64,000 bases of DNA. Origin: Scyliorhinus canicula (lineage: Eukaryota). The stretch is from positions 252,150,690 through 252,214,689 of the forward strand of contig NC_052148.1 of NCBI RefSeq assembly GCF_902713615.1. Reading direction: 5' to 3'. The notes under the pieces were generated by a model. That model was not told where the DNA came from. It did not search any database and was given only the letters and a program-made list of their open reading frames with translations. Shown here in pieces: positions 62,621-64,000 of this stretch. The position numbers and the translations under genes were made by a program. Numbering within the stretch: the first letter of the stretch is position 1; each line of letters starts with the position of its first letter.

Positions 62621-64000
62621 CACAATGGGGTTAATCTCTTTGGCTCTGCCTTACAACACATTTCTCCCACAGTTCGGACCAAGAGCTCAACTCCGGTTGT
62701 TGCTTTGTGAATACGAGGTTAAATTTTGAGAAATGATTGAGACATCAAGCTGGCAAAATATAATCCTTAACGCGGTGATAAGACCACAGTTTCATTGTGG
62801 AAGATATGTAGTTAGCTGAAAGCGGGTGTGAGAGAAGAGGCAGCACATAATTACTGTTGCAGACGTGGAGGGAAAAAAATTCAGAATGCCACTTGCTTAC
62901 TTCTGGCCTTAATGTTTTTGAAGTGCTAATTTTCTGGTAAGAGGCATTAATATTCACAAAACATGTTGAGATGAGCAGTACAATGCAAACATGACAGCAA
63001 AATGGAACAATATAATGGAAATGGCATTCAACCTGAGCAAAGTAGAGCCATTAGACCAGAAAATGATCCATTGCTGTCTGCTGAAAATAATGACCTGTGG
63101 CAACTGAACCACATTACATTGCAACCTGTATTTTACCACAGTTATATTCTAAAACTGAATATTTCAGAGAAACGTGCTGAAATTCTAATGCTGTTATTTA
63201 GATTTAGCATTGACATCAAGAATACAAATTGTAAAGATCACATTTTATATATATATATATATTATATCAGTATATATCACATTATATTGCACTAATATAT
63301 ATCACGCTAACAGGTCCAAGGCCATGAGCACTAAGCATATCTCCACATTTTTCTGCATGGAATTATTTTATATCTCTGTTGCTCATTTTGGCAGCTCCCC
63401 CCTCCCCACCCTCAACCCTGTTCAGCGTTCGCTGGGCGAACAGGCTACTGCTTTGGACCTACATCAATGCTTCTTGTGCTAATTAGCTCAAAGATGTGTG
63501 GCAGCAAATCCTGTGAGGAAAATAATATTACTTCCCTCAACAACATGCCTGATGGGGACGGCAGGCATAATCCCGCATCCTAACGCTCGGCACCACCGTG
63601 AATTAACATCCCAAAGTTGCATTTTTTAACTAAAGCGCCTCGCTAAATTGTCATTAACCAGGAGCCTTCCATAGGGCGCAATGAATATTTTAAGAAACCT
63701 GTGAGAGAAAAATCAACATTAATTTATTCAAAAGCAGCAGCATCAAAGAAATAATTAAAATGTATTCCTAATCTCAGAACATTGCAAACTGCTTTATAAC
63801 CAATGAAGTTTAGTACTAACCATATTGGGGGGGGGGCAGCAGTCAGGAACAATGAGAGCCCATTGAAAACTGATAAGTCATGCAGTCAATGATAAAGGAA
63901 ATGGGGGGAAATATTGAAGAATTACTTTGAAGAATTACTTTGTAGCCGTACTTATAGTCGACATGCCGAGGAAACCAAGATTGAATCTGGAACAGGGATT

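Overview
Repeat-dense, non-coding vertebrate DNA (intron or intergenic), most likely from a cartilaginous fish given the HE1-type SINEs and CR1/HER1-like LINE tails (inference). I found no host-gene exon I can support. The window is dominated by nested transposable elements: a full-length Gypsy LTR retrotransposon (46534-51310, TSD TGGAC) plus the 5' end of a related one at the left edge; an internally deleted gag-only LTR element inside a BovB-like RTE LINE; a decayed Mag-like element; several solo LTRs; a TSD-flanked L1 lacking its RT core; CR1, L2 and Rex fragments; several tRNA-derived SINE families; Harbinger-type GC-rich MITEs; a hAT MITE; and a Penelope-like inverted repeat. Two observations stand out. 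(1) Both related Gypsy elements lack a tRNA primer-binding site. Their PBS position is instead perfectly complementary (13 and 15 bp, with different sequences) to a segment of their own LTR containing the ATTAAA poly(A) signal, suggesting tRNA-independent self-priming and/or poly(A)-site occlusion. (2) A 205-nt poly(A)-tailed, TSD-flanked retrocopy begins with U2 snRNA nt 1-38 plus a second partial U2 segment, a candidate U2-derived SINE. All family assignments come from recalled motifs, not database searches.
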